From Macrostomum lignano (Eukaryota), in the NCBI GenBank assembly GCA_002269645.1, contig NIVC01000725.1:372296-436295 (forward strand): a stretch of 64,000 bases of DNA, given 5' to 3'. A model generated the notes under the pieces. That model was not told the origin of the DNA, made no database searches, and worked only from the letters and a program-made list of their open reading frames with translations. Below, one piece after another: positions 36,299 to 48,132 of this stretch (positions within the stretch are counted from its first letter, which is position 1; each line of letters starts with the position of its first letter). The position numbers were made by a program, and so were the translations under genes.

Positions 36299-39200
36299 CA
36301 GAGCAATCAACCTATCAAAAATCAATTATTCAATCAATCAAACAAGCAACTAATCAATCAAACAAATAATCAATAAATAAAAAACCAATCCATCAATCAA
36401 CAAATCAACGAAATCAATAAACTAATCGATCAAAAATCAATCAAAATCAATTAATCAATCAATCAATCAAAAATCGATCAATCGATCAATCAATCAACTA
36501 ATCAATCAATCAATTAATCAATCAAAAATCGATCAATCGATCAATCAAAAATCGATCAATCAATCAATCAATCAATCAAAAATCGATCAATCAATCAATC
36601 AAAAATCGATCAATCAATCAATCAATCAATCAATTGCTCTAGTTTATTCCACAAGGCCACCAAAATCCACATCCAACCCAAAGCAGACGCTGCACCCGTC
36701 ATCTCACCTTGGAAATCTTCGCTTTGACCTCGTCAGCGCTGATGAGGCGCAGAGACTGGCGACTCAGCCGCTCCCTGGTGTGGCTCGCAGCCGGCGACAC
36801 CAGCAGCGACGGCGGCTGTGGCATCGGCGGCTGCCGCTGACGCCCCCGACGCTGGTCCGAGGTGACAGGCGGGCTGGTAAACACGAAGGTGCCCGGGCCG
36901 GGCTCCTCATCTTCGTCGAGCTGCTTGCCGCCACTGCCGCTGCGCCTGCGGCTGTTGCGGCTGCGTTGCGGCTGCGGGCCTTCGTCTGGTGCATCCGCCT
37001 CCGCCTCGCTGGTGCTGTAGCCGCCGCCTCCGCCGCCGCCTCCGCCACCGCCGCCGCCTCCGCCACCGTTGCGATTTTGGCGGCTTCTGCTTTTGGTTAA
37101 ATTATGCCAGAGTTGATTTTTGATTGGCAATGGAAGGGGGACACAATGTTGTCAGTACTATACACACCTGTTGTCAGTACTATACACACCTGTTGTCAGT
37201 ACTATACACACCTGTTGTCAGTACTATACACACCTGTTGTCAGTACTATACACACCTGTTGTCAGTACTATACACACCTGTTGTCAGAACTATACACACC
37301 TTTTACCAGTATTGAAAGTACAAATCCATTTTATTTGATCCCAACAAAGCTTCGCTTCGATCCTTAACGCAGATAAGTCCTCAAGCTCAAAAGCATTACA
37401 ATGCTAATCCAGCATTGCGCTTTGCGCATTATAAGAAACCTGGACTCACCTGGAGGCGGCAGATCCAGCAGACAGCACCCGAGTTTGCGCGTTAGCAAGC
37501 GGCGGCCTTCTTGGCGGAGTTGGTGACAACTGAGCCTGCTGTTGCTGCTGCTGCTGCTGGTTGGTGGTGGCAGCCCGCAAGCGTCGTCTTTGATGATGCC
37601 GACTTCGCTGCTGCTGCTGCTGTTGCTTCTGCCAGCCATTCGGCTCGTCTGGCGGCGGTCGCGGCTGCAAAGGCGGTTGCGGCTGATGCTGCTGCGGCTG
37701 CGGCGGCTGCTGCCGGGACTCCGCACTGCTGGGATTTGAAGAGGCCGAGTGATGCTGCTGCTGCTGCTGCTGCTGATGGCGCGGCTGCCGACCAGACGAA
37801 GCCGCCGATGCCATGGAAGAGGAGGGCGATGAAGATTGCTGCTGAAGCAACATCTGCTGCTGCTGATGCTGGAGTGGCTGCCAAGCCGCAATCCGGAGCT
37901 TGCTGGGGTTCAGCAGTCGAGTTGGACAGCTGCCGCCACTGCCAGCGCTGCCGCTCTCCGCCGGCTCGTTCAAAGCGGTGGACACCCGAGAGAGACGGCA
38001 GTTGGCCGCCACGGAGACTCGGTCCAGGCTGCGGTAGCGCTGCTCCCGCCACAGCTCGGCGACGAATGCTCGGAGGTCGACGGCTAAGGTGTTCCACTGA
38101 GTTTAACAAACAACAACAACAAGTTCTTTACATCGAGAATTTGCCAAGTTTAAACAGCACTCCTACAGCTCGAAACAACCCAAAGAACCACGGGAACTTT
38201 TCCCATAGGAAGCAGAAGAGGCACCCTTTGCTTTGGGGGGTTGGCCATCATGGAAATTTTTCAAATCTCACCGAGTTTTTTGCCGACGAATTCAGCAAAG
38301 GAATCTTGGCCATGAGCTGGTCGCAAGCGGTCTCTCTCACTGTTGTTGAGAACAGCAGTCTGCGTCTGTTGCCCCCGGAGTCTGTCACTCTGCCAGGGCG
38401 GATTAGAGATACTCAGACTGTAGAGTCAACAAGGGTAAAAAAGGCAGATATGCGTGCCAGCTACTCACATTAGTTCGAAAGAGAATTCGGCATTCTGCGC
38501 CAGAAACACTTGCAAACAGAGAAAGCCGTGAACGATTGACACTGGAATGTTAAGCGGTTAGATATATGTAGGTATAAAAAAACTCAGGAGAATATCTTCG
38601 GGTAAGGTCTACAATAGTGACCGTAGCCCAGCAACTGACACTCTGGGAAGCTGGCCCAGCAACTGAGGATCTGGGAGGCTGGCCCAGCAATTGAGGACTG
38701 AGAGGCTAGCCCAGCAACTGACAATCTGGGAGGCTGGCCCAGCAACTGAGGATCTGGGAGGTTGGCCCAGCAACTGAGGATCTGGGAGGGTGGCCCAGCA
38801 ACTGAGGATCTGGGAGGTTGGCCCAGCAACTAAGGATCTGGGAGGCTGGCCCAGCAACTGAGGATCTAGGAGACTAGCCCAGCAACTGAGGATCTGGGAG
38901 GGTGGCGGTGGGCCAGAAACTGAGGATCTGGGAGGTTGGCCCAGCAACTGAGGATCTGGGAGGCTGGCCCAGCAACTGAGGATCTAGGAGACTAGCCCAG
39001 CAACTGACAATCTGGGAGGCTGGCCCAGCAACTGAGGATCTGGGAGGGTGGCCCAGCAACTGAGGATCTGGGAGGTTGGCCCAGCAACTGAGGATCTGGG
39101 AGGCTGGCCCAGCAACTGAGGATCTAGGAGACTAGCCCAGCAACTGAGGATCTGGGAGGGTGGCGGTGGGCCAGAAACTGAGGATCTGGGAGGTTGGCCC

Positions 39201-41435
39201 AGCAACTGAGGATCTGGGAGGTTGGCCCAGCAACTGAGGATCTGGGAGGTTGGCCCAGCAACTGAGGATCTGGGAGGCTGGCCCAGCAACTGAGGATCTA
39301 GGAGACTAGCCCAGCAACTGAGGATCTGGGAGGGTGGCGGTGGGCCAGAAACTGAGAATCTGGGAGGCTGGCTCAGCAACTGAGGATCTGGGAGGGTGGC
39401 GGTGGGCCAGAAACTGAGAATCTGGGAGGCTGGCTCAGCAACTGAGGATCTGGGAGTACTAACGACTCACGAACAACTCTTAACAAAGTTAAGCAAAACC
39501 CAAAATCAGCATTTGCCCCCACAAAAAAGAAGAAAAAGCCAAATGACAAAAAGTTGCAGTCTCCCTGTTTTCAGTTCTGCTGCTACAAAAGAAATCAACA
39601 TCGTGCAGATACACAAGTCGACAATCTTTAAATATTTCGTGAATTTCAGACACCATTTAAACCATGAAAAGCTGAAACCGTATAAAGACAATGGGCACAA
39701 TAATCAGGAAGTAAAAAACAATGGAAATATGATAGAATAAGAGGGATTCATAAAATCTGTAAAACGAAAGTCAAGTAAACTCATCCAGTTGATCAGCAAT
39801 TGTAAGCAGCCATGCTGATGTCGGGCCGGTGGCAGCTCAGGTCCCCAGCGTCCACAGCCGATACATCTCGCCTAGACAGCTCGATTCTCTGTTGCTTGGC
39901 AACCAAGCAGGCGAATTCGCGATACTCCATAGCCCTGGCCGCGTCTGCCGCTTCGATTCGTTTACTCTTAGTAGTATAATCGTGTTTTTTCCCTTTCCCA
40001 CCAGCTCCAACAGCGGCGGCAGCATCGACGGCGGCCGCGCCAGCGCTGGGCAGTTTCAATCGCGGATCGGCATTTGTCGGCGACAGCAGGTCGGCAGCGG
40101 CCATGCGGCGCAGTCGACGCCGGTACTGGTGGCAGGAGTAGGCCAGCCGGAACGCCGGCACCAGGACTAGGGAGGCCAGAGCGGCCACCAGCAGGTAGTG
40201 GTGCCATTCCAGCTGACTGGCGCCCCCTACTTTGCCAGCAAAGAGTCGCATGAGAGCCAAGCTGGTGCTGACAGCCAGCGGGACAAAGATCAGTACAGCG
40301 GCTGCGTCAATCAGGAGGCTGCGCCTGACGCTCGAATTAGCAAAGAATCGTCTGGCCCGACTTTTCCTACCGTTGCTGGCCGATCGATAATTAGCGCCAG
40401 GCAGCATGGTCCGATCGCTGATGCCGCTGCTGGAGCGTTTGCTGCGCTTCTTCTGCGATTGCTGCTGCGGCTTGGCGCTGCACATGGCGGACAGCGGCAG
40501 GATGGCCGACAGTGACAGCCGCGGCGGCTGCTGGCCGCTGGCTCCGGGTGTACTTTTCCAACAGGCACCGCCTCCCGGTGGCATCAGCTGATTGCTGTTC
40601 TTGTTGCTGTTGGCGCTGATGGCCGATTTTGCCGACCCCTGCTGCTCTGAGATGACATTGCTGCCGTTATTATGATTGCTGTTGTTGTTGTTGTTGTTGT
40701 TGTTTTTATCGTCATCGTTGTTGTTGCTTTTGGCGGACATTTTGGAAACGTTGCGATAGCTATTTTCCATCTATCACCTATCTATATTAAATTACCTTTT
40801 TTGACTACCTGAGGAGTCGACCACTTTTCAACGAGATAAGACGGAGAGAGAAAGGGTCTTGATGACAATTAATTGGCTCAGCGTAATCAACGTTTGTAAC
40901 CTATGTACATTTGGGCTAGCTCAGAGGCGTGCAACCCAATGTACATCGATGGTGTACGCTTTAATGGTCACGTGACGTTATACTGTTGGGGTGGAGGTTG
41001 AATGGCGAGAGAAAACTGAAGAAAGAAACGAAACGTTTCTTAGCTATTTTTTAGCTTTTTGTTTTTATTGTACATATTAGGTATCGATCACGTAAATTAG
41101 AATGTTTATAGCAAATCAGTCAGCACGAAATAACCATAACTATAAAATTGCTTCTCTTGGGTTAATTTAGGCGAAAACTTACATGGCTTCCGTTTGTCAC
41201 TAGGTAGTGTCATTTTACACGTTGATGGACTGCCCTCGAGTGAATAGACGTAGGTGTGCAGCTCTTTGTCAAACACCTGCAAAAATTATTAGTAATACTG
41301 TGCACTAATGATTGTAGAATAATTATTAGAAGCGAGTTGAATTACCTTTCTAATTGAAGAACCAGAAACTTTCCAGTTTTCTGCTGGACCCCGTCCTTGG
41401 GCAGAGAACAGCTCATAATACTGTGACCCACTCAT
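34287..41435 (-). CDS. CFAP20DC: CFAP20 domain-containing protein (C3orf67 orthologue)
   Basis: Exons 41435(?)-41346, 41276-41183, 38541-38469, 38389-38272, 38096-37450, 37089-36708 (NAGNAG acceptor), 36161-36033, 34697-34287, all phase-consistent. N-terminal YELFSAQGRGPAENWK / VFDKELHTYVYSLEGS / FLCLQVFL..FSFELIVTDSGGNRRRLLFST..AKIPL / WNTLAVDL..VAANCRL. C-terminal [22 protein letters not shown]. The start codon is uncertain. Confidence 0.92.
34715..35500. repeat. 20-bp minisatellite with 10-bp subunit expansions (last CFAP20DC intron)
   Basis: Unit ctgtctgtcagctgtttgcc. Confidence 0.95.
35500..35765. repeat. 18-bp minisatellite abutting the 20-mer array
   Basis: Unit tgtcactcccactgaatc, about 13 copies. 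Confidence 0.95.
36190..36635. repeat. (TCAA)n degenerate microsatellite (intronic)
   Basis: tcaatcaatcaa with tcga variants. Confidence 0.93.
37147..37300. repeat. 22-bp minisatellite, ~7 copies (intronic)
   Basis: Unit ctgttgtcagtactatacacac. Confidence 0.92.
38625..39452. repeat. 28-bp minisatellite with higher-order cassettes (CFAP20DC intron 2)
   Basis: Unit ggctggcccagcaactgaggatctggga, with recurring ctaggagactagccc and ggtggcggtgggccagaaac variants. Confidence 0.93.
39793..40770 (-). CDS. Intronless 325-aa two-TM protein resembling the TM region of MARCH2/3, with no RING-CH domain, nested in CFAP20DC intron 2
   Basis: Long non-repetitive GC-rich ORF with an ATG start and a poly-Asn run. 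TM pair RRSLLIDAAAVLIFVPLAVSTSLALMRLF..SQLEWHHYLLVAALASLVLVPAFRLAYSCHQY. The MARCH likeness is from remembered sequence only. Confidence 0.72.
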   Translation of the reverse strand: MENSYRNVSKMSAKSNNNDDDKNNNNNNNNSNHNNGSNVISEQQGSAKSAISANSNKNSNQLMPPGGGACWKSTPGASGQQPPRLSLSAILPLSAMCSAKPQQQSQKKRSKRSSSGISDRTMLPGANYRSASNGRKSRARRFFANSSVRRSLLIDAAAVLIFVPLAVSTSLALMRLFAGKVGGASQLEWHHYLLVAALASLVLVPAFRLAYSCHQYRRRLRRMAAADLLSPTNADPRLKLPSAGAAAVDAAAAVGAGGKGKKHDYTTKSKRIEAADAARAMEYREFACLVAKQQRIELSRRDVSAVDAGDLSCHRPDISMAAYNC

Positions 41436-43755
41436 GCAGTATAATTTATAATATGAAAGTTGATAATTCTTTCATTTCATTTTTAGAATGGTTAAATCAT
41501 TTAACAAATCTAGTAAACAAATATACAAAAATAAAAGTCCAGTTTAACTATTAATATTATAGAGTAAGTGCAATGCTTGCTTGTATATTCAAAAAAGCTT
41601 GATTTTAGATATGAGGAATTCTATTTGAAAAATTTATATATTAAGATCCTTTTTGTTAACTTGGAAATTAAAAAAAAAGATTTTGTCAAATATATAATTA
41701 CTAATGATGTCTAAAATATTCTATTAATCTAAACCAATGAAAGCAAGCCTTACAAATGAATATTTTATATTTATTGAAGTAGTTAATAATGATCACTAAA
41801 TAATGAAACCCAATTTATTAAAGTAACTTTGCATTTCACAACACAGGCTAAAAATATTAAACAACTATTATATACATACTATATGTTAATTTTAATTCCT
41901 CATTTTAAAAAAAATGAAAGAAAAAAACTGATCCATATTAACTATATTATTTATGAAATTTTAATATAAGCTTTTAATTTCAGATAACAATGTAGCTAAA
42001 AACGTAGCACACTTTTTAGTAACAATAAAACTATAAATGGTATGATGCTAAATTTATAACAATGGTTGGGTTTCTTCTGTTCTGTTTAAATTAAATGTAC
42101 ACTACATTTTAGCGTGTCTTTTCTCTGTGATGTTAATCTCGTCGCTTGTGTCATATTCATAAAAAATGTTTTTAACTAAAAATTAACCACTTAATTGTAG
42201 AGTATTAGAATAAAAACAATTAATAAACACGATAAATATTTCCTCTAAAATATCTACTTTAAAATAATCTTCGTGTTGCTTTCAGAGAAAAAATTTTTGA
42301 TTAAAAAGTTAAGCAAAGCAAAAGTTTTTAATATTATTTTTGTTATCAAATAAGGTTTTTATATGCTTATTGTTATTACCATTTAAATTTTTAGTCTAGT
42401 TTTTACAACTTTTAATAAATTGCTCAGTTGTCGTTTTTTCACTTTCCGTAAATTTTTTATGATCTCTAAACGTATCTTTATGGGAATTCTTTGAAAACTT
42501 TACAGTTGATGAAAATCTTTATGCGAAGAAATCGCTATAGTAGTGCTTGAATTTTGAATTTGAGCGAAATTTTTAAAGCGTAAAGTTTTAGTTTTAGATG
42601 GGAAAATCGTCCTTGAGATCCAAAACGTGGTAAGATCAGAGCTGATTGGGCTCTTGTGCAAGGGACCAAAACCCTAGTCTTCTATCAATGTTCTGAGGGC
42701 GAAAGTGGTGCATTTTGCTAAACTTTAGACAGCTGGAAAAGCTGTTTACAGCTGTTGCTGCTGATTATCAGTCTTGGTTACCACGCTATGGTTCAGGATC
42801 ACGCACCCAAGTTAATTATACATGTACATGTACGTCGCACTTAATATCAACGAACCCGCAAATTCCGTAAGTCATATTACTAAAAGTCTTGTGACCACTC
42901 CTTTTGATCCTGCACACCCACCCCATTTTACTACTAATCACAACACGGCCAATTGCAAGCAGCTATTGCATAACGTCACTCGGCTGCTATAGGCAATGCG
43001 GCCTACTAGTGCGCGTGATTAGGGATTCGAGCTCTATAAACGAGTCGTCACCCCTAGAGGACCTGATCACAGGTTTCGAGCTCGCCTATAGCTTCTGTGT
43101 CAGTTTCTAAGCTCACGCCAATTTTCCATGTCAGCGTCAAAAACCAACATCTCCCACTCCCCCAACAACCCCCATTTGTGTTCGCATTTTTACATTGTTT
43201 TTACATGTAGTTTCACCCAGCAGGTATCATCGTGATCTTCCCCCTAGAAATCTCTAAATCTGTAGTTTCGCTTATCGCTGGGGCGTTTGTGAGAGGGGCC
43301 GGGGACAGGGGAAGATTTGGCGCCAAAATGGGTGCTAACAACACTAATTCCCAACATAATGTGGGAATTCAGTCCTGTAGAATTCTTGGCTTATCCTATC
43401 CAGATCCCAACCCCCCCCCCCACAAAACAGAGCGCACCTGATTCAAGCACTTCAAGGTCATCATCTTCATTACTCAACAAAAGCGGCATGGATTCATGTT
43501 TCTCACGCTCTCTTCAGCTTTCTGACTTCAATATGATACAAAAAGATGCTCTCTATTAATTTTATTTCCATAATTTTTTAATGGAATTTAAAAACGGTTT
43601 TAAAGCATTTGAAACACGTTGCCGTATATTGCTTTCAGTTCAGGGACAAAGGCTCGGTGTACTATATTTGGTTTTTTGAAAAGGTTTCGCATAAAATTTC
43701 TTTCTGTCATGCACTTCACTTGTCATGCACGCCGTTTAGCTACTCAGGTCTCGGC

Positions 43756-45138
43756 TCAGCCACGAACGAAGAACTGGCCCTGGAGGCTCAGCTGAGCAGT
43801 CGGAATGGCGGCGATGTCCATGAAGTGGCACAGGTGCAGCTGCTGGGAGTACAGCACGGCCTGGCAGTCAGCGGTGCAGTTGTAGGTGCAGGCAGACAGG
43901 GAGTGAGCGCTGCCGGACCAGTGTTTGATGCGGGACGAGTCCAGAGCGAGGTAGGAGTTGTTGCCAGGCACAAACAGGTTCGGTTCTGGAGGGGAAATTT
44001 CGGCAATACTCTTCTTATAGAAAATTGATTCCGTAGCTTTCTCATTCGAAGAAAATCGAAAGGAGACAAAATCTCTCACTAACAGCTTCCATACAGGAAG
44101 TGTTTCCATGGTTTCCATGAGGTGTTTCCATTGTATAGGGCATTGTAGTCTAGTGGTTAGAGCGTCGGACTCACGACTTGCCGTCGAAGGTTGGGGGTTC
44201 GATTCCCGATCCCAATAGAACAATTTGTGGGATTTGAGCAAGACACTTAACTCTGCATTGCTTCAGTTCACCCAGCTGTAAAATGGGTGTCAGCATTAGC
44301 TGGGGTAATTGAGGTGTGTATGGCGACCCCCCAGTCCTTGGACTGAACAGCCGTACGCAGCCTTCAGATGCGCAGCGCAATAGCTGCGGCTGAGCTGTCG
44401 GTTGCACCCCCCACATCGGCGTATTAGGGCAGGTGTAATCAATTATTAAATATTTTTATTATTTTCATAGTAGTTCTTTCCGATTTCTAAATCTCTAAAT
44501 ATTTCTAAAAGATTAGCGCATGTATGATGACCATCTTCATCATTGTACATCCTTGAAATTAAAGTGCAGTAAAAGCAGCAGACGGCGGCCTTGCCAGAGC
44601 GGTTTTTGTATTCGGAACTGACCAGAAGAATTCTGTGTGTTGAATACTTCTAATAGAACTAGTGCTTTTATGCGACCATGCGATTCCCGATCCCAGCCTC
44701 ACTGGTGTAGTGCTGCCTGAACACCGAGTTCCGATAGCCGGCACCGCATTTCTGAGCCCAGTTACCACCGCAGTTGTGTGAGCACTCGCTGTCATGCAAT
44801 TGAGTTGGCCCGTACGAACTTCCACAGAAGCAGTAATAGTACGATTGAACGCCAAAGTACGGATGACTACCAAGGGCGCACATTTCGCTACACATCTCGT
44901 GAGTCATGCTGTAGGAGAAGAACATGATCCCCTCTAACTGATTAACATTCACGCCTCCAATTCTAGTGATGCCGTACTCCTTCAGGCTGATCATCTGGCG
45001 CTGGCTGTTGATGTAGTCCAGGTAGCAGCCGACATAGGTGAAGTAGCGGCTCCTGCCGGCGCTCGAGACGATGCTGATGACCTGACAGGCGAGCAGCAGG
45101 CCGGCCGTCAGAAGGATTAGGCCGTGTAGAGACCGCAT
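43756..45138 (-). CDS. Secreted WSC + PAN/apple-like domain protein (221 aa spliced)
   Basis: Exon 45138-44703 has a signal peptide and WSC motifs YVGCY..MTHEMCSEMC..YFGVQSYYYCFCG..ECSHNCGGN..QKCGAGYRNSVF, with donor A/gtgagg. Exon 43985-43756 has acceptor cccctccag and SLSACTYNCTADCQAVLYSQQLHLCHF. Confidence 0.82.
44138..44450 (+). mobile_element. tRNA-derived CORE-like SINE family B, full length (intron of WSC gene)
   Basis: A box TAGTCTAGTGG and B box GGTTCGATTCC. The central gagcaagacacttaactctgcattgcttcagttcacccagctgtaaaatggg resembles the MIR/CORE domain. AT-rich tail. Confidence 0.9.
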
Positions 45139-47970
45139 GGCGAGTTGGGGATTTTGTCAAACCGGATGGAATTGAGAGAAAATGAAATCGTTCTGAATCC
45201 ACTTTCTCTTTTGATAGACAGAGATGCATTTAAAAATGCTCTTAGTCTCCATTTTTTCCGCTCTCTTCCGAATAATATTTGAGCCTCGATTTTTGATGCC
45301 TTGGTTACTGATGGAGCCTATTGCAATGCCTTGATTCATTCCAACACTCACGGTCCGTATGCGTGGCAGAATTTGACTTTCGTAGCCATTAAAATTTACT
45401 TCGCATTGATGGCTGAGGAGAAAAGCAGCCAGTTTAATGTGGCTTTCTGTTTTGAGACAATGGACAACATGGGAGAGATTTGTACGCGTGCTACTATAGT
45501 CTTGCGTTTGCTTATAATGCTTGCAGTACTTGCCGAGCAGTCAGTTTCACTGCTGCTTTGGGCAGCTGCTCCATCGGCGATCTCAGGTGACGAACTGGTT
45601 GTCCCTGTCTTGAAACAGAATCAATGCCTCCTGCAGCAGTTGCGTGGATGTAAGCATGCAGACACCTTGTTGGTGCTCTTGGCCAGAATAAGGACGTTCT
45701 GAGATAAATATACTCAGTAACAGCGAACCCCCTTTACCTCACACTTCATGGCCCTAAAGTTTCGCATGCCATCGTTGATTCAGACATGTGCCTTTTGATA
45801 CATTTAGCCTTTCTTATAGCTCTATTGATATTCATAAAGCTTTTTGTTTAGAAATTTAGCCTTCGACGTTAATTTTATATCCTATAGGGAGTTCGGGTTT
45901 AAGGTAAAAGGGAAGAAGGTTTTTAGAGCACGAGGTAAATCAGTTTCAAGTCACAGCTTACCATGTATACGCTCGTATAAAGGTCTGCAAATAGAGACGG
46001 TTGAACCGGTTCCTTGAAAAATTCCAGCGTTTTATGCTTGCGCAGTTGGACATGAGCCATGGTCTAGCAATACTTTTACCTCGTGTTCCTCGCTCAACTA
46101 CTTAACAAGCAGTAAGCAAAGAAATATAAGAATATTTGTAATAAACATTAACTCTTGACAATCTCTTCTTTCGTGAATAATCCATCCCGAATTTTTCGTT
46201 TGCACAAAAATGGAGGTGTAATTCAAATCTTCGAATTGGTGGGTATAAGGCCTAGTAGCAGGATTTTAATAAATAAAAGTTCCGACCATTGAGTATTAGC
46301 ATTTTTAAACGCAATATATGGATAACATACAAAACATATATATCGACATCTTTATACTTTATAACTTTATAGATATTTTATACAAGGGGTCATGTAGTTG
46401 GTTTTGATGGTGGTATCTTGTTGACAGTGAGGGTGGTTAAAACATTAAGATAATTTTCTCATAAAAATGATTAACAAAAATTTATGGCTTAATATTTTAG
46501 GAATGGTTTACGATAATTGATGTCAGACTGTCAAATAAGTTTTGTGACCCTTTGGACATGATGAAGGTTTCCTGTTATCGGATGTATTATCGTACCTTGG
46601 CTCTCGACCAGAACAAGAACAGGTTCGTTCCAGTATTGCCAGATACGCTTCGACTGCTGTAAGGTTTCCCCGGTGTGCCTGCGATGGAGTGGCCTTCGTC
46701 GCAGTATTCGGTTAGCCGCATCAAAACAGTCTGTTCGTCTATCATTAGTTTGAGATGGATTGGCCTAATAAGGTCTGCCACGATGCGAGTTGTTCCTTGG
46801 AGTGACTGGAGCAAGGACAACTGAAGTTACGTTATATTATTACTATATTATTTTACACTGGCTTAATGAGATTATTAGTTTACAAACTAAAAACTCGTTT
46901 TCGCTATTGAGTATTGACTAGGAATTGTGACAGACTGACAAATTTCTAAAGAAAATTTGGCGTATTTTTAACGCTGCTTATACATGTAGTCTACTATTTT
47001 ATTACTTACATTTTAACGAAGAACAAAATTCTGGACCTAACGCCGAAAGAATTAGCTTTCTACGTGCAACTAGTCGAGAATTACATATATGTGAAGACCA
47101 GGCCTCCAATAAAAATTACACGATACGCGAGTGTTGCGTCCTACTACTTAAGTTGTCCTTGGACTGGAGGCTGACCGGAATTTCGTTATTCCCCGCCGTG
47201 CTAACGTGTGAAGGTAGTGAAGCATGTCCGATGTTGTTCCGGACATTGTTGCAAGGTTTGGTGACAAATCATGGCATATGATGCAATGCACACATTCTCT
47301 TCGGCACATTGAGCAACTTGGTACCGTGTCCATCTTCTCGTCTAAGCAATCTTGGCATTTCTCCATTTGAAAATTAGATAGAAATTATTTCTGGGAGTAG
47401 AAAATGTTTTTAATATGCACGTGAAGATATATAAGAGCCCGGTTAGTGTTTAATATTAACCTTTAATATTTAAAATATGGTATGTGCTTGATACAGTAAC
47501 GTACTAAAGCTCTGCGCAATGAGCATCCCCACAAAGATCAACGTTCAACTTTACCAACGTTAAAATTACGTCCAGCACAGAGGTTCTCGTTCAGATTCTA
47601 GTTGTAGGGAAGTCCTTGGCCTAGCTACCCATAAAATTCTCAATAAAACACTGACCTCCTCATTAAAATCCTATACGTTATCCGCGTATACCTCTGCTTC
47701 CCCCATCCCCATCTGATGCAGCTGCGTTGCCATCAAAAGCGATCTGTGGCCTCCTTGCTTCTGACGCTCAGGAGTCAGGAGTGGGGAGAGACAGACTGAT
47801 TTGATATATTGAGACTGCTTCTGCCTGCCTTTATAACTCATAAATATTTCATTTCCCTAAGCTGCAGTGGCTCACTTGGCCCCCCGCTGCAATGTCTCGC
47901 TGCCTTCAATAAAGTTGCGCATTCATTTTAGCAATTTGTGGTTGCCAACGTTCCTCCGTCGATATGGCAC

Positions 47971-48132
<162 letters not shown>

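Noticed and set aside
41450-42600. Very AT-rich island as foreign DNA
   Set aside because: No ORFs or element ends are present. It is consistent with ordinary intron or promoter sequence upstream of CFAP20DC, like 3980-4680.
44138-44215. Functional tRNA gene
   Set aside because: A and B boxes are present but the sequence continues into a SINE body repeated five times in the window, and I could not form a complete cloverleaf.
45301-45702. 133-aa plus-strand ORF with a hydrophobic stretch
   Set aside because: No recognisable family or gene structure, and it overlaps the presumed promoter of the WSC gene.
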